A DNA stretch of 64,000 nucleotides, taken from NCBI RefSeq assembly GCF_018977255.1, contig NW_024704742.1:60824001-60888000 (forward strand), read 5' to 3'. The notes under the pieces are model-generated. The model saw only the letters and a list, made by a program, of their open reading frames with translations. It was not told where the DNA came from and made no database searches. Position 1 is the first letter of the stretch. The number at the start of each line of letters is the position of its first letter. Below, piece after piece: positions 49,673 to 62,613 of the stretch. The stretch comes from Callorhinchus milii (lineage: Eukaryota). Position numbers and translations under genes: made by a program.

Positions 49673-50006
49673 AATAATAATAATAATAATAATCCTTGCA
49701 TTTGATATAGCGCTTTTCACGTCGAGAGGACGTCCCAAAGCGCTTCACAGAACAACTGTAAAGTGAATTGACTGTATATTTGTGGGCGAACGCGGCAGCC
49801 AATTGCGCACAGCAATGTCCCACAAACCTTTGTAGATTGAAAATGACCAATTTATTATTGTTTTTTTTTTTTTTTTTTTTGGAGGGATTATTATTAGGCG
49901 TGTGGAGTAAGGAAACTTGCCCAAGGTTTCGCCCTCTGCCTGGAATTGAACTCAGGTCTCTCGCTTGCAAAGCGAGTGCTCTAACCACTGAGCTACAGGA
50001 CTCCAC
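49673..50006 (-). mobile_element. Young tRNA-headed SINE, full length, inserted in CR1
   Basis: Near-identical to the other copies; ACAAAT at both junctions; expanded internal T run at 49861-49880. Confidence 0.95.
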
Positions 50007-50092
50007 AAATCATTGGTGAGACCGTACTTAGAGAGTACTGCTTACAGTTCTGGTCACCTCAGAACAAAAAGGACATGGAAGAAATTGAGAGG

Positions 50093-51121
50093 ATCCTCTT
50101 CAATCTCTACATGCTTGGTGACATCATCCGCAGACATGGAGTCAACTTCCCCATGTACACGTATGACACCCAACTCTACCTCTCTGCCTCCACCCTTGAT
50201 TCCAGAACACCCTGGAACTGACATCCTGACAGACTGTCTGTCAGACATCAAATCCTGAATGAGAGCCAACTTTCTACAGTTGAGTGTCAGCAAGACCGAG
50301 GCCCTCCTGACTGGCTCGTGCCAGCACCTCTGCACCTCAGGCACTGGCAGCATCTGCATCCATGGATGCACACTCCACCTCACTAAGCCAGTCAGGAACC
50401 TGGACTTGTTCAACCCTCAACTGTCCTTTCTTCTCCATATCCATGCCATGATCTGCTCTGCCTTCCCCCATCTCTGCAACATTGCCCGACTCCACCACGG
50501 CCTCACCCCTCAGGCCACCAAAACCCTCATACATGCATTTGTCAACTCGAAGCTCAATTACGGAAACTCCCTCACAACTCTTCACTCCACAAGCTGCAGA
50601 TCATCCAGAGCTCTGCAGCTCATGTCCACTCCCACCCCAGGCTCCGTGACTCCATCACCCCCACCCTCACCCGGCTCCACTGGCTCCCCATCCCTCAGAG
50701 GATAGAATTCAAAATCCTTATTCTCACTTTCAAAGTCCTCCATGGCCTTGCCCCCTCCTACCTCTCTAGCCTGCTGACACCCCATCAACCTATCCACTCC
50801 CTCCATTCAGCAGGCTCCAGCCTTTCCCATGTCTCCCGCCCCACCCGCCCTACCATAGGTGGCCAGGCTTTCAGCCTCTCTGCCCTCATTCTTTGGAACT
50901 CCATCCCTTCACCTTGCTCCCTCCCTTGCCTCCTTCAAGCCATGACTCAAAACCCCCTTCTTTGACCATGCCTTCGGCCGCCCTCCTACCTTTCTGGCCT
51001 TCCTCATCCCAACCCTACGCCCCCCATGCTCGGGTCCTAATCCCCGACTGTTCATCACCTTGGAACGTCCTCCCGATGTGGAAGGCACTTTAAAAATGTA
51101 ATTTTGTTGTTGTTGCTGTTA
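50093..51121 (+). mobile_element. L2 LINE 3' fragment inserted in CR1
   Basis: ANFLQLSVSKTEALL..KPVRNL..TLIHAFVNSKLNYGNSL; L2 stem-loop; (TTG)n. Confidence 0.93.
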
Positions 51122-51894
51122 GTACAGAGGAGGGCAACCGGAATGATTGAGGGAATGGAAGGACTGGACAATGAGGAGCGACAAAGTAAGTTGGGCATGT
51201 TCACGCTGGAAAAGAGAAGATTGAGAGGTGACATGATTGCTGTCTATAAGATTTTAAAAGGGCTAGACAATATAGAACATAACAGGCTGTTTCAACTTGT
51301 CCAGAATAGTACAACCAAAGGACACGGTCTGCGATTGAAGGGGGGTAAATTCAGAACAAATTTACGCAAACACTATTTCAGTGAGTGAATAGTGAACCTG
51401 TCAAACAGGTTCCCTAGGGAGACGTTTGAAGCAAGAAATGTTGATTCCTTCAAACATATTAGATGATTTTCCTTTAGGAAATAACATTGTGGGATATAGT
51501 ACAAAGGTTGTTTGGGACATATGAGCATGCGACCACCAGGAAGGTGGAAAGGCAAACTAGATGAACCTTGGTCTTTTTTTCGTCTAGCAATTCTTACTTT
51601 CTTATGTCCTAACATTGCAAACAGTCAAACTGTTTCACCTCAGAAGCATTTGATTGCAAAGTTCAACATGGCTCTGCTCTGATGCAAACGGTTAAGATCA
51701 GAATTCCTACAATCCACACAAACACAAATCAGCCACCAATTCAGTGCTTGTGCATGATTCAAAAGAACAACGGAAATAAGTGTGGTGAAAATTGCTATAT
51801 ATGTTTTTTCAATTACCATAACTAATCAATCTATCGGTTGATTATCAGTTAGTCTGTAGGTATATTTTCATCTTTTCCGGTAAATGTGTAAAAT

Positions 51895-52203
51895 TTTTTG
51901 ATGAGAAGTTAAACTGAAGTCCCAACTATCTGTTCAGGTGGACATTAAAGATCCCATGGTACTATTTGAAAAGAGAAGGAATTTGCTCCTAGGTGGAGCC
52001 AATAATGATTGGCCTAATAATTTCCCATAAAAANTTGGTCATCCACTCCATGGCTGTCTGTGGGACATTACTGTGCACAAATTGACTGCCACATTTTACT
52101 ACAAAATACACAGTCACTACACTTTACAGTAAACCCAGTGAGACGTCTCTCAACATGAGAGGTAGAAATGATATGACATGCGATATTCATGGATTATTAT
52201 AAT
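51895..52203 (+). mobile_element. Deu-domain SINE (old)
   Basis: GTTCAGGTGGACATTAAAGATCCCATGGTACTATTTG. Confidence 0.85.
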
Positions 52204-53146
52204 TACTAGAATTTTAATTGAGGCTGAAATACCAAATTTTCATTCAGACAAGCTGGAAAACACTCCAAGGCTGCTGTCTTTATCTCAATAAAGCTATCAG
52301 CCCGAATGTTCCCACAACCACCCAGACAAATATACATGAATTCAAACCCAGAGTTTGGCATGAGGATCAGTGCAGCAGTCCCGAATCATTCAAAGGCACA
52401 TATCAAATCAGGACTAAAGGTTAGCCTTTCAAAATGACCTACATTTCTGCCTGCCGTTTACATTGATTTGTCAGTAGGCAGTGTTCCAGGTAATCCTTTT
52501 GAATTTTATTCCAAACTAAACTTCTTGGGATGAGGGCAGTGCTAAATATAAAGGAGTTTGTTATTGTTGGCTCTACATAACCAACAAGGGATGCTAGGGA
52601 TATTAGACCACTTCACACGCTGCATAAGAAACCACACTGGACTGAAATATAAATTACTAGTTGTCAGCTGTTTAATGGTGCACCGTTAATGTACAAGTTT
52701 CCCTAAGTCCAAAATGAAGCACAGATGTGGGTGAATACCAACATTTGAGCAAATTGTAATAAGTACATCTATGTAGTTTTACCACAAGTTATGTGCAAGT
52801 TGCCCTCAGACTTTCTCCTCTTGGGTTGTTGGTGCACTACACTAGCTCAAAGTATGATTAAGTTCTCTGTCTTGCAGGTCATGTTAAATTGAATCATAGT
52901 AATTTATAACTGCAGTTACAAATTTGTGAAACATATCGAACAGGATTATTAACCCACAAAAACTAAGTGAACTATATGTATTGATCAGAGTAGATAACCT
53001 CTACCCCTGCTTTGTCTACTCAGAGTTGCCAATTCAAATTCAGGGCAATGTGTGAGTTTATAACATTGATAGTTTTTTCACATCTACTTACCATCTCTTG
53101 TCCCCTCAAGATTTGGAATTTGCAATTTCATGTATAATGATCACAA

Positions 53147-53485
53147 TAATTATTGCATTTGATATAGTGCCTTTCACCTCATGAGAATGTCTCAAAGCAC
53201 TTCACAAGATTTATTGTAAAATGTTGTTGTTGTGATTGTAGTTGTAGGTGAACAAAATGCCCAGTTCCCACAACAGCCTTGAAGTGAATGACCATATTTA
53301 TTTGGGGGACTCTTGCCCAGAAGAGTGGGGGGGAAAAAACTTCCTTCACTTTTTGAATACTGGCGTAGATATTCACCTGAAAAGGGAGATGGAGCCTCTG
53401 TTTAACATCTCATCCGAAGAACGGCACCTCCGACAATGCACCTTCCCCCCAGCAGTGTCAACCTAGACTGTGTGAGTTCAAGTTC
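53147..53485 (-). mobile_element. Deu-domain SINE (old)
   Basis: TTTAACATCTCATCCGAAGAACGGCACCTCCGACAATGCA. Confidence 0.85.
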
Positions 53486-55583
53486 CCTACATGGGGCTTG
53501 ACTGATTTATATCAGCTGGAAATATGAGATAAATGGTTAATTTTCTTTGGCATAACAGACCTTGCTGAAAAATGGCATTGTTGGCCTCTGGTTTGAATAA
53601 TCTGTCATTATAAAATCCTTTGACTAACACCCAATCAAAATGTTCATAAATCATTAACCTGCTTGGACATAGAAGCTTTTTCTTAAAGTAACCATTAGTC
53701 TGCAAGTATTTAGCTCCTGTAAAGTTCTTCCATCTCATGGGTGTTAATTCAATTGAGTTTGTTGCCAAAATTGCTCAATGCATGGGATAATTCCAACACA
53801 TAAGTCATAAACACACCTTTATACGTCATTTTCCCATACATGTATCTATTGCTGTTGAATGACAAGCAGTGGCATAATGATTTATAATAATCAACAATCG
53901 AATGAGATACTGTATTGTTTTTACACCCAAAAGCATGATAAATGCCTACGCTCTTTCTATGTGAAGGGGAAAAGTGACACTGTGTAACTCAAATTTAGAG
54001 CTCAACTACCAGTACTTTTGGGCTTTGCAATGCATGAATTCCCCTTTCACACGACAGACAAAGCTACAGAAGTGAAGCCTTTCAACTTTGACCATGCCAA
54101 AAGCTTCATTATGAACTGTTGCACGTGCTGTCCCACATGGCCAGGCATAAACCTGTGATTTGTGCAACAAAAAAAATTGGTTTTAAACATAAGCATTAAC
54201 AGGGCCCCTGTTTTGGAATATTTCATAAATATCTGAAATGAAGAAAGCATCCCCTTCCAAACCAGACCCTGGATGTATTGTGAGATTTTGTGCAGTTGTT
54301 CCAGTAATTCAATTTGTTAAGAGTTCATGGGACATCCTGCTGCTTCTAATTGCTAAAAAAAACTATAAACATCAAGCTGTACTGTAATTAATTCTATTGC
54401 TCAATTCAAACTCTTTACAAATAATTTAGCAGTAATGTACTCAAATTAAAATCGTATTGCAAACTGTGAATTAAAGGCAAAACAGGTCTGAAATTTAAAA
54501 CAGGGCAGTGATTCTGAAACAAAAAAGCTCAAAAATCTGACATTTCATGCTTATAAATGTTTCCAGATGAAAGCGCCAGAACAAATCTCCATATCTTTCA
54601 CAATATGCTGAAAACCTTGGTCAAAATTAGACCAAACAAGTTCCTTCAGCAATACAGGCAGTAAAATATTAACTGATTTTATACCCCATAAGTTTGGTGC
54701 TGTTTTAATGATAATAATGCTGGCATTTGATGTAGGAAGATGTTGCAAAGCACTTTGAATGTAAAGAAAGTTGCTTGCCATGTAAGCAAAGAGGTCCCAA
54801 ATAATAATATGTCTGTCTGTCCCCATAAAGGGAGGGGGCAGCAGAGAGTGGAATATTGGTTGGTTGTCCTGGAGATAAAGGATGGTGGAGCAGGAAGTAA
54901 CCCCACCGTGTAACTGCTCCCTGTAATTAAGCAGCAGAACCGCTGGGTGTGAACATCTTGTTACCTCCACCTCAATGGAAGTGCAAAGGCTCTTTCACCA
55001 CAATGAGTTGTCTTGTATTATATTGCATATTTTGCGTCGCAATGTTTTCAGATTTAATCGTAAATATGTTGGCGTGCAGTGTACACGTAGCAGGCAAGAG
55101 CGCCCTAATAGGATGTATGCGATGCATGCACGTATGGATATATGCATACAGGGACATTCGCAATAAGAAGGGTCCCGTGTGCATTGTACATTGACCCATG
55201 TTCTCCAATGAAGTGGGGAGGGGCAGAGAAGGGGACAACACCACCCTGTAAAGGGCAGCAGGGAACACCTTGGTTCCTCCACCTGACTGGAGTGCACAGA
55301 AGAGGCCCCCAGAACCAGAGAGATTTGGGGAGAGAGTTCCAGAGAGAGCGTGGGCCTAATATGTGTATGTGGTCTCCTGAATTATGCTGTCTTCAGTAAC
55401 CTAGTTATAATGTGGATTTGCTTATAATGTGAATTAGGCATTGATCCCATTTCATGCCAATGCACACAGCTGGCCTGGCACTCACCCACACATCAGCTAT
55501 TCTCCTTGGCTCATGTCAACATCCACTCAAGTGCATCATTTGTATCCATAAAATTTCAACCCATTTTATAACAAAAAGAAAAA

Positions 55584-55667
55584 CTTGCATTTACATATTG
55601 CCCTTCATGCGGGTAGTGTCATGGAGCACTTAATGCTATCTGCATGAAGGTGCTATGTAAATGCAAG
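55584..55667. repeat. Inverted repeat / hairpin from two opposed L2-type tails
   Basis: CTTGCATTTACATA..CCTTCATGC versus GCATGAAGG..TATGTAAATGCAAG. Confidence 0.9.
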
Positions 55668-57006
55668 GTGTTGTTAACACAGGTTGGAACTTTCTGGATC
55701 CCAATTAATTTTACTTGGGCCTAGATTTATACAACTGACTTAGCATCACAGCACATTCAGATTTTAACGAATTGTTGAATTAAGTCTTAGCCTTAAAAGA
55801 ACTTACAGAAAACTGGCTTTAAAATTAAGGCACGTTGAAATAGTACGTAAACAGAGGTGTTTACCCTAGACCCACGTGGAATTTCTAACCTGATTTCCTT
55901 ACAACAAGGCTCTCCTGTATGTACATAATGTAATTCTATGTAACCGCATGTACTTTCTGCACAATCCAGGGTACTATTTCATCAAATAGACAACTACTTG
56001 TTAGGGAGAATTTGATTAAACTGCTTTGAAAGAACGTTAAAATCAATTCAAACACTGGCTTTGATGAATATAAATAAGTATGAGAACATAAGAAATTCTG
56101 AAATGAGATAAGTGTATTCAACACTGCACAATGGACCTTGGGAATCTCCTGATGTATTTTCCCAAGGGAGGCGAATAACCATAGGTTCCCACAATAGAAA
56201 ACTGTGAAATTATCCCACAAAAGCATTTGGTGTGAAAAACTGCCGGATATCCAGCCTAATGCCATTCATCCTGACTTGCTGCTATCCAAAAGAGGTATTT
56301 GTATTGATAGAACAGAACTGAACCGCAGGGCTCCATAGAATATTTGATCACTGAAATATGCATTTTACTTAAACCATAACCATCAATGCTCTTTATTACC
56401 AGACAAGCGCTCAGCTATTTTTGAAGAGAACATTGACACAACAGGAATACTTTTGTTAGAGAATATGCTTGTATGAGTCAATATCTGTACATCACAGAAT
56501 CTTCGATTTTTTGATGTTCTGTCATCTCAATGTTTCTTATATTTGGAGGAGGGCAGATATACAGTGCACCTCCACAGCCAGCAAAGTGATTTCATAGCAG
56601 AATGGTATCTGAAATTCAGCCCCAGCAAGTACACACACTGGATATGGGCAGACAAGTACACCGTGGTGTTGCCAACGAGCAGTGCTGCCATTCCCTTTAT
56701 CCTTCTCGATACAAATACACCATCACTACGCCTTGAGACTTCACCCCAAAGTGAAAAACACTCTACAAATGTAAGGATTATTATTATTCCAGTGATACAT
56801 TGAAATAAATGCAAACCAGGAGTCACAATTAGTGTATCAAATCTGGTTTGCAAATGTAAACTGGTATAAAAGTGTGCAGTATTGGACTTGTATCCTAGTT
56901 TGAAACGAGCCAAACCTGGAGTTAAAATATACAGTGTTTCATACCAAGTCAATGTGCTAATTATTATCAGATATCAACTATTCAACATCTAGCCATGATA
57001 CGTGAT

Positions 57007-57378
57007 TTGCTCCACGTCCCCCGCCCCAACCGCCCTACCATCGGTGGTCAGGCCTTCAGCCTCTCAGCCCCCAGGCTCTAGAACTCCATCCCCCAGTGCC
57101 TTCGCCGCTTCCTCCCTTTCCTCCTTCAAGGCCGGTCTCAAAACCTTTCTCTTTGACCGTGCCTTCAGCTCCCCTCTCGACTCTCTTCCCCCTCCTCGCT
57201 CCCTCCCTTCCCTCCCCTCACCCTGACCATTTCCCCCTCCTCGCTCCCTCCCTTCCCTCCCCTCACCCTGACCATTTCCCCCCTGCTCGGGTCATGACCC
57301 AACTGTGCAGCACCTTGGGACGTCCTCCTGACGTGAAAGGCGCTTTATAAATGTAATCTTCTTGTTGTTGTTGTTGTT
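57007..57378 (+). mobile_element. Young L2 3' fragment
   Basis: Near-identical to 38470-38838; 45-bp unit twice; (TTG)n. Confidence 0.93.
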
Positions 57379-58089
57379 GATTGTGGCTGTTGATAATTCC
57401 GTTAACTCATAATCACTTATCTCACATTGCTCGATAGTTACCAGTGATAAGGATCACATAGAATTGGTTATGAAATGTGGAGTATTATACCCCTATACTT
57501 CATATGGGATGCTTATGAAATGCAGAAAGAATGAGATTTCTATCAATTGGTTGGAATTGGATGCAGGTAAACAGAGTGCACTATCCATTTCTCTGCATGC
57601 AGCTATTGTGGATAGAAAAAACACTAAATAGACAATGAGATTGTTGTCCACCTGTTCATTGCTCAGACAGAAGTGCTGTGTTTGTTGGAGCAATTTAGAA
57701 CATGCACTGGATGTTGTGCAATTCAAGTCACTCTTAAGATTAGAGACACATTCCAACAGTTTAACAGCTCAAAATGAATCTCTTGTATTAAGCTGTAACA
57801 AATCTACTTAGAAGCTAAAAGTATTAATTCAATTTAAGAAATAGTAGACAGAACGGATCTTTCTGATTAATGAATAAATACTAACTTGTTGTAACTTGCA
57901 AACCAAGTACATATTTGTGGGCTGCTGCTGTGCCTTTAGTCATTCATACTCATGGCAGGCTTTCACACCAAGAATTTTGTTTTGGAAACATGCATCATAA
58001 AACAAGCTATTTTTTCTGCGAACAAGATCATGTGAGGCAAGTGGTTAAAGGATCAGAAAAAGTTGAAAAATAAGCACCAAACTAATCAT

Positions 58090-58383
58090 TCATTTGATAT
58101 AGCGCCTTTCACGTCTGGAGGACATCTCAAAATGCTTCACAGAATCTACTTTAAAGCGCGGTAACTATGTATTTTGTAGGCATACATGACAGCCAGTTTG
58201 TGTACATAAATAGGTGCTATAAACAGGTGCAAAGTGAATGACCAATTTTTTTTGATGCCTAGGATATCCGGAGGTATTCGCCTGCAAAATACACAATCAC
58301 CACACTTTACAGCATATCCTTGAAGTGCTTTGAGATGTCCTCTCAATGTGAAAGACTCTATATCAAATGTAAGTATTATTATT
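58090..58383. mobile_element. Two SINE 3' halves in inverted orientation
   Basis: CATTTGATATAGCGCCTTTCAC...ATTTTGTAGGC (-) and GCCTGCAAAAT...CTATATCAAATG (+). Confidence 0.85.
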
Positions 58384-58524
58384 TTTTGGATACTCCCTTT
58401 TCAATAGTGCCACAAAAATCCAAACAGGCAGACAGGGCTTTGATGTAACAAAAATAATTCCATTTCAACTCCGATGAAGGCAACTTTATCAAAGTAATGA
58501 ACAAAAGGTATTGATATAGAGGTG

Positions 58525-59165
58525 ACAATAACACATTACATTTGTATAACGCCTTTCATGTCTGGACATCCCAAGGCGCTGGACAGCCAGGGATTTGGAT
58601 CAGAGCTGGGGGTTGGGATCAGGGAGGATGGAGGACAGGAAGGTTAAGGGTAGGAGTGTGGCCAAAGGCACGGCCGAAGAGGAGGGTCTTGAGAACGTGC
58701 CTTAAAGTTGGCAAGGGAGGGAGTGAGGCGAAGGGAATGTGGGATGGAGTTCCAAAGGGTGGGGGCAGAGAGACTGAAGGCCCGACTGCCGATAGTGGGG
58801 CAGGCCAGACAGGGGACATGGAGCAGGCCGGAGCCTGCTGAATGGAGGGAGCGGACAGGTCGATATTGTATTAGCAGGTCACAGAGGTAGGAAGGGGCAA
58901 GGTCGTGGAGGGCTTTGAAGGTGAGGATTATGAACTCTGTCCTCTGGGGGATGGGGAGTCAATGGAGCCGGGCGAGATTAGGGGTGATAGGGACACCCAG
59001 CCTGGTGCAGGAGAGGACACAAACTGAATAACCTGCAGCTTGTGGAGGGACGAGTTGGGGAGACCGAGAGTTGGTCTAGTTGAGCCTAGATGTAACAAAT
59101 GCATTAATGAGTGTCTCAGTGGCATGAGGGAAGAGGCAGTGGCAGAGCCGTGCGATATCCCGGAA
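58525..59165 (-). mobile_element. L2 LINE 3' fragment
   Basis: Antisense LGLPNSSLHKLQVIQ, LKTLLFGRAF; tail ACATCCCAAGGCGCTG. Confidence 0.9.
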
Positions 59166-60210
59166 AAGCGATCCGCCAATCAACTAACAACCGGGTTCCT
59201 ACTTACTGCTAGGTAAATAGAGGGTGGGGGGAGCTTGTGTGAAGTTTACCAGCATGAGCCCAATGGTGTGTTCCCCTGTCTTATCACTCCATGTAACTCT
59301 ATGTAATAAATAATTATAATAATCTTTGCATTTGATATAGTGCCTCATCATATTATTGAAACATCTCAAAGCGCTTCAAAGGGATTATTGTGGAGTGAAG
59401 TGACTGTGTATCTTGTAGGTGAACACAGCAGCCAATTTGCGTGCAGCAATGTCCCTCAAACAACCATGAAGTGAATGGCCAATTGTATCTGGCCACAACA
59501 CTGGGATAAATTCCCTTCTTGAACATAGGGAGGCAGTTTGACATTTCCTATGGGACCAAAATGAAAATAGAGATAGCGATTTCTTTCCAGCTAATCAGTT
59601 TGGTTTAGTGTAACTTTTTTTAAGAAGAAACATTTTTTGACTGCATTTGTCAAATTGATGAAAATAAGCTTGGCTTTACTCTCTGGTTTTGCTTTCTCAT
59701 CAATGGATGATACAAAATGTAAAAATGCACTCCCATATTTGGTTGCATAATCCCATTTCAAGAATGTGTTCGGTTTCTAAATGCTTGCCTGATGTTACAT
59801 AAACAGCTTGTGCCGCTAAATATTGACTTGTTCAGCTTCACTACACTTCGGCTTTGGCGCCTTTGGCACTTTATGTGCTTTGATTTATTCTGTTTTTGCT
59901 CTGTGCCATCAGACACTGCAGTAATCTTGCACTTTTCTGCTATTGCCACATGACAAATGATGGTTTGCTTTTACAGTCCTTGTTAAAGCACTTGAATAGT
60001 CAGTTCTAAAGAGGCTTGACAACTATTTGAACTCATAATAGGTATATGACACAGGTCGACTTGCATGGGCTCTATAACAGTTTTGTTTAATGACCATAAT
60101 AATCAAGGATGTGGGGTGCTGAGAAAAGGAAGCTTTTCCTGTTATTGGCTTCCAGTGTCACCATCAGGTAAATAAATTCAGTTCATTCTTTCAGGTCAAA
60201 TAAATAGAAG

Positions 60211-60520
60211 GAGGAGTCCTGCAGCTCAGTGTTTAGAGCACTCGCCTCATAAGCGAGAGACCTGGGTTTGATTCCTGGCAGGGCAAAACCTTGGGCAAGT
60301 TCCTTACTCCGTACACCTGGTAATAATCCCTCAAGAAAAAAATAAATAAAATTGGTCACTTCAATTCATGACTGTTTGTGGGACACTGCTGTGCACAATT
60401 GGCTGCTGCGTTTCGTCCACAAATATATAGTCAATTCATTTTACAGTGTATTCTGTGAAGCACTTTGAGACATCTAGAAGACGTGAAAAGCGCTATATCA
60501 AATGCAAGGATTATTATTAT
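60211..60520 (+). mobile_element. tRNA-headed SINE, more diverged variant with CTCATAA anticodon loop
   Basis: GGAGTCCTGCAGCTCAGTGTTTAGAGCACTCGCCTCATAAGCGAGAGACCTGGGTTTGATTCCTGGCAGGGC, then the same body and tail. Confidence 0.92.
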
Positions 60521-62613
60521 GAAATACATACTGTTCCCTTAAATCTTAAAGTCTCTATAAAACCATCCATGTTTTCTATAATGCGCCCAGGTCTGTGGAG
60601 ACCTTTCTAGTACCTCTCTCATTCATTCAACTCCTTTTCTTTACTCAAAGGGTAACCAACAACTGGAACAGATTGCTAGGAAAGGTGATAGGGGTCTGGG
60701 CACTAGACTTGTGTTTGAAAAGCAGCTTGATGCTGCAATTGCGTTATCAGAGGAGCTGGCTTTCGGATGAGATGGGTAGATATTAAAGATCCTACAATCT
60801 AGTCTATCAAAATCTTAATTTTCCATTCCCTCTCTCCTATTTTTCCCACCATTATTGCATTGTGCACTACAGGTATCAGTCTTTCATCTAGCCTTCTCAG
60901 TTAAAGAACAAAAAGTTTTGCTTTTGTGTGCCATGGAGTGTTGTAGAATTTGGTCAACAAATACAACGATAAATTTCATAGGAAAGGTTGGAAACCTTTC
61001 ACTAAGGAATCTTTATAGGAACGGTTCTGTAAAGGTTGGAAACAGTCGAAGATTGAATTTGACACCAAACCATGTTCACTCAGTCTAAAGTAGGTTTAGA
61101 AAGTTGTTGCTTTGAACACTGTGCCCAAATGATAAAGATTACATTAATACAGAGCAAGAATTTAGAAGGACGTGGTATTTATAATGTTGGCTTTCACAGG
61201 CACAGAATTAAAATTCCTATCCGCAAATCTCTGAAATATTTCAGCCTTCTTATAGCCGTCTTATTCCTTTTGAATGATCACTTTAAATGATGATGTTTCC
61301 TGTCCCAGGAATACATCTTTCAGACAGAAGCATGGAATTCAGTGGTAAGACCAAGTAATGGGGATGTGCATTTTTGAAACTCAAAACCAAGTAAGTTATT
61401 TTGAACTTGAGGTTACCCTAACACCAATGGACTTTGGGAACAAATAAACATGAGAATTAAAATAATTGCTAAAAGCACAGGGTAGGGGATGAAATTGTAC
61501 CTAGGTGGGTCTAGACTTAAACTTCTTTCTTGGACATTCACCTACAAAACACAGTTACTATACTTTGCAGTAAATCCTGTGAGGCACTTTGAGACGTCCT
61601 CCGGATATGAAAGGTGCTATTTTAAATGCAAGTTTTATTAATATTAGTTAACATTTTAGAGTTTGGAAATTTGGGGCAATTCTTAAATTCCGTCTTAATT
61701 AGTTTCTGTAGTTTTCTGTTAAGAACTTCAGAAACAGCTTCAAAGTTTAAAAAATTCTAAATTTGCACATTAAATACTAAAAAAAAGTCTAACTCCAGAC
61801 CCAGATGAAATGTCTCTGACGTTATTTATTGTACGTCATAAAACAATTCTTCTGGAAGTTATTAAAATTATTTTAAAAATTGTTTTTTTAATTCTTTTTA
61901 CAAAAAAGTTTTATTTTTCCTGGAGAATTGTTTTAGATTCTATATTTTAACAAGTGTAAACAGCCACGTAAGCTCATTGACTGTGGGGCACTGCTGTGCG
62001 CAATTGGCTGCCGTATTTTGCCCACAAATACAGTCAATCACTTTTACAATGTAAAGTGCTTACAGTGAAGTGCTTTGAGACATCTCAACATTGTGATAAG
62101 GCGCTATATCAAATGTAAGGATTCTTCTTATTATTGAGGATTTGTCTTGATTCATGTGATTCATCCACCGCCCTTTAAACCAGGAGTATTTCTGTTGCAA
62201 AAGAAACAGTGGTGGTGTTCAGTGAGGGATCAGATAAGTTGTCCGAGAAGATTGAATAGTGAGGTGTATAACATTGCTGAACAGTTCTGTCTTTCCGATG
62301 CCAAGGCTTGTATTTCATCTGCCTAGGCTTTCATCTCCATCAGCCTAGGTTGTATCCATCAACCCACGTGACAACCATATGCAGGAAAAGAGCCCAGAGG
62401 CAGATCTATAACCAACATCTGCAGTGAAAGAGCTTAATTCCTTGACATGAGTGAGGAGCAATACCTTAGTGAGTTGCAGCTTCCTATAAAGGAAGTTGGA
62501 ACATTTTGCCCGAGGGGTTCTATGAGGAATCGATGCTGCATTGTGTGGCTGTGCAGATAGCAGCAGCACCAAACATCATTGCTACAAGATCCTTCCAGAC
62601 ACCCTCAGGAGAC

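Larger units (their letters stand above)
49625..51612 (+). mobile_element. CR1 3' fragment split in three by a SINE and an L2
   Basis: VILPLYK|SLVRPYLE..QFWSP..KKDMEEIER|VQRRATGMIEGMEGLDNEER..LEKRRLRGDMI. Confidence 0.9.

Noticed and set aside
54551..55399. Cluster of overlapping 60-140 aa ORFs
   Set aside because: No recognisable domain or convincing splice pattern; consistent with locally higher GC
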